A stretch of 64,000 nucleotides of DNA, taken from Patescibacteria group bacterium. Lineage in GTDB: Bacteria; Patescibacteriota; Microgenomatia; UBA8517. The position numbers were made by a program, and so were the translations under genes. Of the stretch, positions 1-9,040 are shown one piece after another (the stretch's first letter is position 1; every line of letters begins with the position of its first letter). The notes under the pieces are model-generated. The model was not told the DNA's origin. It did not search any database and saw nothing but the letters and a program-made list of their open reading frames with translations. The DNA is taken from NCBI GenBank assembly GCA_026416845.1, contig JAOAEL010000003.1, forward strand, positions 78,047 to 142,046, given 5' to 3'.

Positions 1-1974
1 TTTCGAGTTAAATGACGTATCTTTATTTAACATCCGTTCTTCAAAAATTTTATTTAACTGACTATTAATTCCTGTTGTTCCATCATGTGTTTCATAAGCT
101 AAATACCAACTTCTAGCATATTTCGCCAAAGCAAATACAGATCCTAAAACTGGATGATCAGCATAAATCAAATTTAGATCTGGCCTTGAGGTTAAAATTG
201 GCAATTTTCCTTGAGAATGAAGAATTTGATTTAGCTTTTTCAAAGAATCTTCACTTGCCATAAATTTAAGAAGCTTCCACGAAATATCAACACTAGCACT
301 TCTTTCGTAAACACTATATACCCAATATGTTGCATAGGAATAAACTGGATCTGTTGGCCTTTCAGGTTGAACTTGCGGCAAGGGAACTGTTTTAAACTTT
401 AAATTTGGATTCGATTGCACAATTTCTTGAGCCTTTCTTGTTGGTCCAAAGTACATAGCTAGTTGGTTTTTCGAAAAAGCAATTGTAGAGTTTGGCATAC
501 TTGAGTTCCACACACCTCTATTTTCATGAAAGTATTTGTAAAAATTAAATACATCAATCATTGATTGAGAATCTAAATTGGAAAAATCAACTCTATTTTG
601 GTACATCATTAAACCAATAATCTCAGGCCAATAGTCAACATTGCTGGTTATTCCAAAAGCAACAGGAGACTGCAGTATTTTTTTGCTTTGGGGATCAACT
701 TGAAACAATATACCACTATCAACTAATGATTGGAAATCGCTCCAATATTTAGGCGGCTCAAGAGACGCGGCTGTAAAAACATCGGTGTTAATGTACAAAG
801 TCAATGCGTCATAAACAAGCGGTATGGCAATCACGCCTTTTTTCGTAACTAAATCTGAAGTCATTATAGGATAAAAAGATGAGTTAAATTGGCTCTTTGT
901 CATTATCGATTCGGGCAATGAAGATAAATACGGAGTAAACATCACTGGCCATGTGTTGTGAATTTCAAAAATATCAGGACCTTTTCCTGATGCAAGTGCA
1001 TTTATCAATCTTTCTCTATAGTCTTTTGGAGATTGTTTAATATAAGTGACATCAACATCAGGATTTTCGCTTTCAAATTGCTCAATTAATGGCAACAAAA
1101 CCGATTCGTCCATTGTTAGCCCCCACCAAACTATCTTTCCAGCATCGCCAACAGTTTTTGTCTGACTAGAGTTTCTGTATAAAACAAAACCAACTACAGC
1201 CACAAATAAAACCAAAACAAAACCTAATAAAATAAATAAAACAAATTTCGGAAATGGTCTGTTTGCAGACTTTTGAGTCATTAAATCAGTAGCTTGGGGC
1301 GTTGGAGGTCCGGATTGAGCTATTTGTTGAATGTTTTCACTTTGCAAACCTTCTTTTAGATTATTCTGGGGAAGATTGGTGTTAAAACCTGACTGTAAAT
1401 CTGCCAAATTTTCTTTTTTGCTATCCTTAATTGGGGCATCAAGACCAACGTCTAAAGAACTAGGTACGTTGACATTCGATGCGCTATCTGCTTGACTGTT
1501 GTTTCGTTTGATCAAATTACTATAATCGTTAGAAAAGCTTGGTAAATTTGAGACACTTTGATCTTGCTGAATTTTTTCTTCTAATATATCAAGCAAATTT
1601 TTGCCTTCCTGATTAACCAAAGAGTCGTCAGAATTATTAGACACATCATTCCCTAAAGCAACTTTCTCTTGACTAACAGGTGGCTCATTATTTGTATAAT
1701 TTGTATCGTTTGAAATATCAACTTGCGTTTTGTCTTCCAAAAAAACTGGCTGATCTGGTTGAACATTTGTACCGACTGATTGATAAACTGTTTGCGAAGA
1801 AGACAATAAATTTTCATTAACATTTTTTACACTTTCAACCTCTAAAGGCGAACTTGCTCCCGTGTCAACATTTGTCACAATAGGATCGCTAGCGAAATTG
1901 GCTCCAACATTGACAGGAGGATCGTCGCTGGGGAAAAAATTATTCTGCACATTTTGTTTGTTTTGATCATCCAT
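1..1974 (-). CDS. Membrane-anchored extracellular solute-binding protein (ABC sugar-binding family 1 like); 3' end runs off the window
   Basis: Not in the ORF track. Hand translation from the ATG at 1974 (MDDQNKQ...) is open to base 1: long low-complexity N-terminus, one TM helix (FVLFILLGFVLVLFVAVVGFVLY), then KIVWWGL...LINALASGKGPDIFEIHNTW...IPLVYDALTLYIN...PPKYWSDF. Confidence 0.85.
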   Translation of the reverse strand, partial: MDDQNKQNVQNNFFPSDDPPVNVGANFASDPIVTNVDTGASSPLEVESVKNVNENLLSSSQTVYQSVGTNVQPDQPVFLEDKTQVDISNDTNYTNNEPPVSQEKVALGNDVSNNSDDSLVNQEGKNLLDILEEKIQQDQSVSNLPSFSNDYSNLIKRNNSQADSASNVNVPSSLDVGLDAPIKDSKKENLADLQSGFNTNLPQNNLKEGLQSENIQQIAQSGPPTPQATDLMTQKSANRPFPKFVLFILLGFVLVLFVAVVGFVLYRNSSQTKTVGDAGKIVWWGLTMDESVLLPLIEQFESENPDVDVTYIKQSPKDYRERLINALASGKGPDIFEIHNTWPVMFTPYLSSLPESIMTKSQFNSSFYPIMTSDLVTKKGVIAIPLVYDALTLYINTDVFTAASLEPPKYWSDFQSLVDSGILFQVDPQSKKILQSPVAFGITSNVDYWPEIIGLMMYQNRVDFSNLDSQSMIDVFNFYKYFHENRGVWNSSMPNSTIAFSKNQLAMYFGPTRKAQEIVQSNPNLKFKTVPLPQVQPERPTDPVYSYATYWVYSVYERSASVDISWKLLKFMASEDSLKKLNQILHSQGKLPILTSRPDLNLIYADHPVLGSVFALAKYARSWYLAYETHDGTTGINSQLNKIFEERMLNKDTSFNSK

Positions 1975-2089
1975 ATAATTTAGTTAAAAACTATAAAAAT
2001 AAAAAATCTAAACAAATAAGTCTATGCAATAGTAATCTTACCATATTCATTATGTCCAAGTATTCAGATAAAATAGCTACAATTTGAGC

Positions 2090-3856
2090 ATGAAAAAATC
2101 AAGATTAATATTAACCAAAAACACAATCTTTGCGCCAATTTTGTTTTTCTTGTGTCTCTCTATTGTTTTTATGACAACGGCAGTCTTTTATGTTAACTTA
2201 TACATCTCTTCTTACTTTTTGCCAAATTCTTACATAGGAACCGTAAATGTCAGCAGTTTAAATTATGAAGAAGCAGTAAAAAAAATTGAAGAATATTATC
2301 AAAATAAACAATACTTAACTATTTTGGTTAATGAGCAAAAATACACAATCTCAAAAGAAGAAATAAATCTCAACATAAATTACGACTCATCTGTTAAAAA
2401 TGCCTTAAATTCACAAAAAAATAAAGGCTTTTGGAATGCGATAAAAACAAACCTAAGCTCTTTGAAAAATTACCAAAATTACAATATTTTCTATTACCTA
2501 GATGAAAATTACTTAAACACGTTTATAGATATTGTTTACAACCAGTCAACAGTTGAGCCAATTAGTCCCATTCTTTATTTGGAGAATAATGTTATAACAA
2601 TCAAAGACGGGAAAATAGGAAAAACTTTTAACAAACAAGAAGTTTATGAAAATCTTGTAAACAACATTAAATCGGGCAGTTTGCTACCAGTGCAAGTGAA
2701 ACCAATAACAATTGATCCTAGAATTGGCGAAAACAAAAAGCAAGAAATCATTGCAACTGGACAAAAACTAATAGGAAAAAGTGTTATATTATTAAACGAA
2801 AACACAAAAATTGTTATAAAAGATAGTGAACTTGTCAGTTTTTTGGGATTTGATAAAAAATATGACTTAAAGAAAATAGAAAATTATATACGAGAAAATG
2901 TCGTGCCAGTTTTAAACAAAAATCCGCAAAACGCAACACTTGAAATAGAAAATGGAAAAGTGGTGAAATTTACACCTTCACAAGATGGTTATATAGTTAT
3001 AGAAAAGTTGCTTGCAGAAGATATCATAAGACTAATTTCGCAATTAGAATTTTCAGAAGAAAAATCCCTAACCACATCAATTCCGTTGCAAAAAAAACAA
3101 GCTGACATTAAAACAGAAAACACAAACAGTCTTGGGATAAAAGAACTTATTGGCAGAGGAAAATCCTCATTTAAGGGATCAATACCCGGAAGAATCCACA
3201 ATATAGAACTTGCATCTTCAAAACTTCACGGAATACTTATAGCGCCAGAGGAAACATTGTCTTTTAACAGTATCTTGGGTGATGTTTCAAAATATAGCGG
3301 ATATAAGCAAGCATATATTATTCGCAATGGCAAAACAATTTTGGGAGACGGAGGAGGAGTATGCCAAGTCTCCACTACATTATTTAGAGCAGTATTAAAC
3401 GCTGGACTACCAGTAATTGAAAGGTCTCATCACTCCTACCGAGTTGGTTATTACGAACAAGATTCCCCTCCTGGACTTGACGCAACTGTCTTTGCGCCAA
3501 CTACAGACTTTAAATTTAAAAACGACACAAAACATTATATCCTTGTGCAGGTTTTGTTTGACGCAAAATCAAAAACTTTGACATTTGATCTTTATGGAAC
3601 CAAAGATGGCAGGGTTGTTGAACTAACAAAACCTGTTATTAAAAGTTCTTCTCCTCCACCTGAAGATTTATACATAGATGATCCAAATTTGCCAATAGGA
3701 GAAATAAAACAAATTGAACATAAAGCATGGGGCGCAAAAGTCGTATTTGATTACACGGTAACCAAACCAAACGAAGAGCCGGTAAAAACTACTTTTGTAT
3801 CTAATTATCGCCCATGGGGAGCTGTTTTTATGAAAGGCACAAAACAGTTAAACTAG
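2090..3856 (+). CDS. VanW family protein with N-terminal TM anchor and peptidoglycan-binding/G5-like regions
   Basis: GGGVCQVSTTLFRAVLNAGLPVIERSHHSYRV and GLDATVF...DFKFKN are VanW motifs. The ATG at 2090 is preferred over the TTG at 2084. Confidence 0.9.
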   Translation: MKKSRLILTKNTIFAPILFFLCLSIVFMTTAVFYVNLYISSYFLPNSYIGTVNVSSLNYEEAVKKIEEYYQNKQYLTILVNEQKYTISKEEINLNINYDSSVKNALNSQKNKGFWNAIKTNLSSLKNYQNYNIFYYLDENYLNTFIDIVYNQSTVEPISPILYLENNVITIKDGKIGKTFNKQEVYENLVNNIKSGSLLPVQVKPITIDPRIGENKKQEIIATGQKLIGKSVILLNENTKIVIKDSELVSFLGFDKKYDLKKIENYIRENVVPVLNKNPQNATLEIENGKVVKFTPSQDGYIVIEKLLAEDIIRLISQLEFSEEKSLTTSIPLQKKQADIKTENTNSLGIKELIGRGKSSFKGSIPGRIHNIELASSKLHGILIAPEETLSFNSILGDVSKYSGYKQAYIIRNGKTILGDGGGVCQVSTTLFRAVLNAGLPVIERSHHSYRVGYYEQDSPPGLDATVFAPTTDFKFKNDTKHYILVQVLFDAKSKTLTFDLYGTKDGRVVELTKPVIKSSSPPPEDLYIDDPNLPIGEIKQIEHKAWGAKVVFDYTVTKPNEEPVKTTFVSNYRPWGAVFMKGTKQLN

Positions 3857-3917
3857 AAACTTAAAATCAATATTTCCAATACCAAATTCACAAACCTTTT
3901 TTTGTTTCATTTAGCTT

Positions 3918-5051
3918 ATGAGAATTTTAGGAATAGAAACAACATGCGACGAAACAAGTGTTTCGGTGGTCGAAAACGGCACTTTGGTTATTAGTAATAT
4001 AGTTGCCACATCCTCTGATTTACATGCCAAAAGCGGAGGTATAATTCCCGAACAAGCCGCAAGAAAACAAATAGAATACATCATTCCTGTACTTGAGCAG
4101 TGCTTAGAACAAACATCTAAAGCCTTAAAATTGAAATTCAATCAAACAAAAAAAAGGCAAATTTCTGAAATTTTAAATTCCACAATCGATGCCATAGCTG
4201 TTGCTGTAGGGCCCGGATTAATTGGGTCTTTATTAGTTGGTGTTGAAACTGCAAAAACAATTGCCTTTGTAACAGGCAAACCAATTATTCCTATAAACCA
4301 CTTAGTGGCACACATATATGCAAACTGGATAACCGAAAGCACAACATCACCGTACAAAACAACAAATTCACACATACACAAACCTAAAGGACATAGCGTG
4401 CCTGAATTGCCGGCAATAGCTCTTGTTGTTAGCGGCGGACACACTGATTTGGTTTATATGAAAAATCACGGAAAAATTGAATGGATTGGAGGAACAAAAG
4501 ACGATGCGGCCGGTGAAGCATTTGATAAAACAGCACGATTGTTAGGATTACCTTATCCTGGAGGAGTGTATTTATCCAGATTAGCAGATGAATATTTGTC
4601 AATACCTCAAAATAAACACAACAAACTTAATCTCTTCCCACGTCCTATGATCGAAAGTAAAAATTTTGATTTTAGTTTTTCCGGATTAAAGACTGCTGTG
4701 TTAAGAAAAATACAAGACAAAGACAATAAAATGACAAAATCTGAACTGGCGGCACAAATACAAGAGGCAATAGTTGAATCTCTTGTCTACAAAACACTTA
4801 AAACAATTGAAAAATACAAACCAAAATCATTAATCATAGGAGGCGGCGTATCGGCGAATAAACGCCTAAGAGAAATGTTTGTAAATCAAATTTCCACAAG
4901 TTATCCACATGTAAAATTTTTTGCTCCGATACCTAAATATTCAACCGACAACGCCGCATCAATTGCGGCCTGCGCATACTTTAACTATAAACCAACGCAA
5001 TGGAAACTTATAAATGCAAATTCAAGCCTGACAATTGCTGGAGAAAAGTAA
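3918..5051 (+). CDS. tsaD: tRNA t6A37 threonylcarbamoyltransferase TsaD
   Basis: ILGIETTCDET, GPGLIGSLLVG, NHLVAH, VSGGHT, DDAAGEAFDK, FSFSGLKTA, GGVSAN, TDNAA. Confidence 0.97.
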   Translation: MRILGIETTCDETSVSVVENGTLVISNIVATSSDLHAKSGGIIPEQAARKQIEYIIPVLEQCLEQTSKALKLKFNQTKKRQISEILNSTIDAIAVAVGPGLIGSLLVGVETAKTIAFVTGKPIIPINHLVAHIYANWITESTTSPYKTTNSHIHKPKGHSVPELPAIALVVSGGHTDLVYMKNHGKIEWIGGTKDDAAGEAFDKTARLLGLPYPGGVYLSRLADEYLSIPQNKHNKLNLFPRPMIESKNFDFSFSGLKTAVLRKIQDKDNKMTKSELAAQIQEAIVESLVYKTLKTIEKYKPKSLIIGGGVSANKRLREMFVNQISTSYPHVKFFAPIPKYSTDNAASIAACAYFNYKPTQWKLINANSSLTIAGEK

Positions 5052-5062
5052 TTAAATTAAAA

Positions 5063-5699
5063 ATGCAAATTATTAAAGTTAATATAAAAAATCCCGATCC
5101 ACAAATTATCCACAAAGCCACCTGTGTCTTAGAAAACAAAGGAGTGGTAGTTTACCCAACCGACACCGCTTACGGAATTGGAGTTAACGCGTTTGAAGAA
5201 GAGGCAATAAAAAAACTATATAAGTTAAAGGGAAGAGATTTTAGCAAACCAACACACGTTGTAGTAAAAAAACTGGAAAATGATTAAAAAAATAGCATAT
5301 ACAAATGGATTGGCAAGAAAATTTTACGACAAATTTCTACCGGGACCACTAACTATTATTTTAACTAAGAAAAACTTAATTCCGGATATTTTAACAGCCA
5401 AAACAAAAACAATTGGTATACGTATACCAAAGTGCAATGTTACCAAAATGTTAAGTTCACACTTAAAACTTCCATATACTACTCCGTCGGCAAACAGGTC
5501 AGGAGAGAAAACACCCTATTCTATCGAGGAAGTTGCCAGTGTTCTTGATTTATCGCAAGTTGATTTAGTTTTAGATGGTGGTAAATTACCCAATGTGCCA
5601 CCATCAACCATTGTTGATTTAACCTCAAATGAAATAAAAATTATAAGAGAAGGTGCCTTAAGTTTAGAAATACAAAAATTTATAAAGGATGAATTGTAA
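5063..5699 (+). CDS. tsaC: L-threonylcarbamoyladenylate synthase TsaC/YrdC, split by a 1-nt frameshift in an A7 run (5266-5272)
   Basis: The first frame has YPTDTAYGIG...KLKGR..KP; the second has PGPLT, IGIRIP, PSANRSG, PSTIVD. Removing one A gives continuous HVVVKNWKMIKK. Confidence 0.88.
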
Positions 5700-5772
5700 A
5701 AAATATCAATAGATTTAATTAAAATACTTTTCCTACATATTAAAAAAACAACTAATCAAAAAAATTTAAATC

Positions 5773-5799
5773 TTGAAATTTTATTTTTTGTGTTAAAAT
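5773..5799 (+). promoter_or_regulatory. Putative sigma70 promoter (extended -10) for the valS leader
   Basis: TGTTAAAAT (5791-5799) matches TGnTAnAAT; TTGAAA lies at 5773-5778. Confidence 0.5.
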
Positions 5800-5805
5800 A
5801 GCCCT

Positions 5806-6005
5806 AAATGCATTCGTCTTTCAAGGCGAGTGGTTTAGTTAGTCCCTAAACCATTAAACATTTAAGTTTAATAAGCTTAAATGTTTTTTGCTCTGCGCTG
5901 AATTGAAACTTAAGCACAGCGGGTTTGCCCGTTATAGCATAAAAAATTGAGTACAAGCCTTTGGTGGTACCTCCGTCTCTTCAAGATGGCCAATGGTGGG
6001 TTTTG
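5806..6005 (+). ncRNA. Probable T-box riboswitch leader of valS (atypical Stem I)
   Basis: GGTGGTACC T-box core at 5963-5971 within an antiterminator fold (TTGG/CCAA and CCGTCT/AGATGG), F-box-like CCGTTA at 5929-5934, several upstream hairpins, and position directly 5' of an aminoacyl-tRNA synthetase. Confidence 0.72.
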
Positions 6006-6049
6006 CTAAAATTCAATAAATCTTTCACCTAAGTAGAAATTATTTGAAA

Positions 6050-8176
6050 ATGGAAAAAGCATACGACCATACAAAGTACGAGTCAAAAATTTATCAATTG
6101 TGGGAGCTATCTAACGCATTTTCGCCAATAGTTCCAAAATCCAAAAACGAACGTTTGCTTGCTAAACCGTTTTGTATAATAATGCCACCTCCAAATGCAA
6201 ATGATCCGCTTCATATAGGACACGCAAGATTTGTTGCTATAGAGGACATACTTATCCGTTATCACAGAATGAAAGGCGAAGTCACACTTTGGTTGCCAGG
6301 ATCTGATCATGCAGGCATTGAAACTCAATTTGTCTTTGAAAAAAAACTAAAAGAACAGGGAAAATCACGATTCGACTTTGACAGAGACACTCTTTATAAA
6401 ATGATCATGGAATATGTGCAGACAAACACAAAAACTATGCATAATCAATTACGACAACTTGGCGCATCATGCGACTGGAGCAGGCACAAATTTACATTAG
6501 ATCCAGATATCGTCCAATTTGTGCTAAACACTTTCAAAAAACTTTACGATGAAGGATATATCTACAGAGGCAAACGAATTGTAAATTATTGCCCATATTG
6601 TGGAACAAATTTTTCCGAGCTGGAAGTTGATTACAAAGAAACAGAAGATGAAATTTATTATCTAAATTACGGGATAATTAACATCGCGACAACTCGTCCT
6701 GAAACAATATTTGCCGATGTCGCCGTTGCCGTCAACCCAAATGACAAAAAATACTCTTCTTTAATTGGAAAAATAGCAGTTATCCCAATCATAAAAAGAG
6801 AGGTGCCAATTATCGCAGATGTATTAGTAGATCCTAATTTTGGAACAGGAGCGCTTAAAATTACACCAGCTCACAGCGCAACCGATTTTGACATTGGTAT
6901 CAAGCACAAACTGCCAATAATTTCTGTTTTGGATGATCAAGGCAATATGACCAATTGCCCGGTTGAATATTTAGGCTTAAAAGCAAATCAAGCTCGCAAG
7001 AAAGTGGTAGAAGACCTTGAAACTCAAGGATATTTAATCAAAAAAGAATTGATAAATCACACTGTTGGACATTGCTACAGGTGCAAAGGAACTATTGAAC
7101 CTAAAGTTTCAGAGCAGTGGTTTGTTAAAATAAAAGAATTGTCTCAAAAAGCAATCAAATTAATTAAAGACAAAGAAATAGTTTTCCCAAGTCGCAAGTA
7201 TGAAAAGTTTGCTAAAAATTGGCTTAAAAATTTGCGTGACTGGAATATAAGTCGTCAAATAGTTTGGGGCATTCAAATACCTGCCTTTAGATGCCAAAAA
7301 TGCCTTGAGTGGACTATCACAAACGGAGGAACACCACAAAATTGCCATTTTTGCAAACACGACAAATTCATCCAAGACCAAGACACATTTGACACATGGT
7401 TTTCTTCTGGACAATGGCCTTATGCAACATTAAAAACAACAAATCCAGGTGATTTTGATTTTTTCTACCCAACCACAATTATGAATAGTTCATATGACAT
7501 TATTCCTTTTTGGATAATCAGAATGATAATGCTTGGCTTTTATGAAACTCAAAAACCGCCATTTAAAGTTGTCCTTGTCCATGGCTTGGTAAGAGACAAA
7601 CACGGAATAAAAATAAGCAAGAGCAAAGGCAACGTGATTGATCCTATTGAAATGGTTGAAAAATATGGATCAGATGCTTTAAGGATGGGGCTTGTTTGGG
7701 GCGCAAATTTGGACAATGACATATCTTTGTCTGAAGAAAATATTAAAGGGCAAAGAAACTTTTGTAATAAATTATGGAACATAAGCCGTTTTGTTCTGGC
7801 AACCATACCAAGTAAATCAATATACAAGTTTCAAAGTTCAAAACCAAAAACAAAAAACAACAGTGACAAAGAAATATTGAAAAAACTTGCAAATACTGTG
7901 AAAAAAGTTACAAAACTGCTAGATAAGTATCGTCTAAATGAAGCTGCAGAGACAATTTATAGCTTTATCTGGAAAGACTTTGCAAACGACTATTTAGAAA
8001 AGTCAAAATTAAGAAAAGTTGAAGCGCAACCTGTGCTAGAATATGTTCTTAGCATATCGCTTAAACTAGCTCATCCATTTATGCCGTTTGTGACTGAAAC
8101 CATTTGGCAAGAAATGCACAAGCACAGTTTAGAAAAAAACAACCTCCTCATTAACTCTTCTTGGCCAAAAGATTAA
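6050..8176 (+). CDS. valS: Valine--tRNA ligase, short form without the C-terminal coiled coil
   Basis: MPPPN, LHIGHA, PGSDHAGIETQ, ATTRPET, DWNISRQIVWG, DTWFSS, KISKSKGN; ends at SSWPKD. Confidence 0.97.
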   Translation: MEKAYDHTKYESKIYQLWELSNAFSPIVPKSKNERLLAKPFCIIMPPPNANDPLHIGHARFVAIEDILIRYHRMKGEVTLWLPGSDHAGIETQFVFEKKLKEQGKSRFDFDRDTLYKMIMEYVQTNTKTMHNQLRQLGASCDWSRHKFTLDPDIVQFVLNTFKKLYDEGYIYRGKRIVNYCPYCGTNFSELEVDYKETEDEIYYLNYGIINIATTRPETIFADVAVAVNPNDKKYSSLIGKIAVIPIIKREVPIIADVLVDPNFGTGALKITPAHSATDFDIGIKHKLPIISVLDDQGNMTNCPVEYLGLKANQARKKVVEDLETQGYLIKKELINHTVGHCYRCKGTIEPKVSEQWFVKIKELSQKAIKLIKDKEIVFPSRKYEKFAKNWLKNLRDWNISRQIVWGIQIPAFRCQKCLEWTITNGGTPQNCHFCKHDKFIQDQDTFDTWFSSGQWPYATLKTTNPGDFDFFYPTTIMNSSYDIIPFWIIRMIMLGFYETQKPPFKVVLVHGLVRDKHGIKISKSKGNVIDPIEMVEKYGSDALRMGLVWGANLDNDISLSEENIKGQRNFCNKLWNISRFVLATIPSKSIYKFQSSKPKTKNNSDKEILKKLANTVKKVTKLLDKYRLNEAAETIYSFIWKDFANDYLEKSKLRKVEAQPVLEYVLSISLKLAHPFMPFVTETIWQEMHKHSLEKNNLLINSSWPKD

Positions 8177-8392
8177 CAAAAAAGCAATTTTTGTGCTTTT
8201 TCAATTTATTCTGAATTTTAAATTGTTGAAACAACAAAATATTTTTCAAAAGATATAAAAACAACTGAATTTTGTTGATTAAAAAGTACTTTTATCCAAT
8301 TTATTTAAAAAAACTTATCTTTATAAAAAAATATTAATACGATATACAAATTCAAATAAACTAAACTTAATAAATAATAAATATTTTTTCAT

Positions 8393-9040
8393 TTATTGTA
8401 TACTTTGTTCTTGTGGAAATTGAACATTTGACTCAGTATCAACAACCAAAGGCTTTTGTTCTTCGTTTTCTTCAATCTTAACTATCACCAATTCTGGATT
8501 TGAAATAACTTTAAATTTTTCATCTTGAAGCTTAATATCTTTAACACAAATTGATTGATTAATTTCAATTAAACTCGATATATCAATAATAAACTTTTCT
8601 GGCAAATCTGAAGGCAATGCCTCAACTTCAATTTCATTCAAACAAGAAACAACTATACCTAAACCTTGCTTTTCTGCTGGAGATTCACCTGTTAACTCAA
8701 TTGGCACTTTAGCTATTAATTTTTCTTTCAAATTTACTTGACGAAAATCAACATGAATAATCATCCCAGACACAGGATCATAAGAAACATTACTAATTAA
8801 AACAGGAATTATAAGATCTTCTACCTTCAAATCAACTAATCCTGTTTCACCAACCTGATTGTAAACATTTTTAAAATCCCTTAGATTAACAGAAACAGGG
8901 AAAGAGGACAAATCATTGCCAAAAATATTAGCCGGAATAATAGACCTTTCTCTTAATTTTTTAACTTTCCTTCCTAAAATATTTCTTTTTTGTACACTTA
9001 AAATTGGTCTAACTGTACTACTTATGGTATCGCTATTCAT
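8393..9040 (-). CDS. rplY: 50S ribosomal protein bL25 (Ctc/TL5 long form)
   Basis: KKLRERSIIPANIFG, DPVSGMIIHVDF, VPIELTGES, IEVEALPSDLPE. Confidence 0.93.
   Translation of the reverse strand: MNSDTISSTVRPILSVQKRNILGRKVKKLRERSIIPANIFGNDLSSFPVSVNLRDFKNVYNQVGETGLVDLKVEDLIIPVLISNVSYDPVSGMIIHVDFRQVNLKEKLIAKVPIELTGESPAEKQGLGIVVSCLNEIEVEALPSDLPEKFIIDISSLIEINQSICVKDIKLQDEKFKVISNPELVIVKIEENEEQKPLVVDTESNVQFPQEQSIQ

Noticed and set aside
4890-5114. Perfect DnaA boxes TTATCCACA at 4901 and 5106
   Set aside because: They lie inside tsaD/tsaC coding sequence with no trio or AT element; they could be chance or minor titration sites, not an origin.
5266-5283. Programmed -1 frameshift at the A-run in tsaC
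   Set aside because: The -1 frame hits TGA within a few codons; restoring the gene needs +1.
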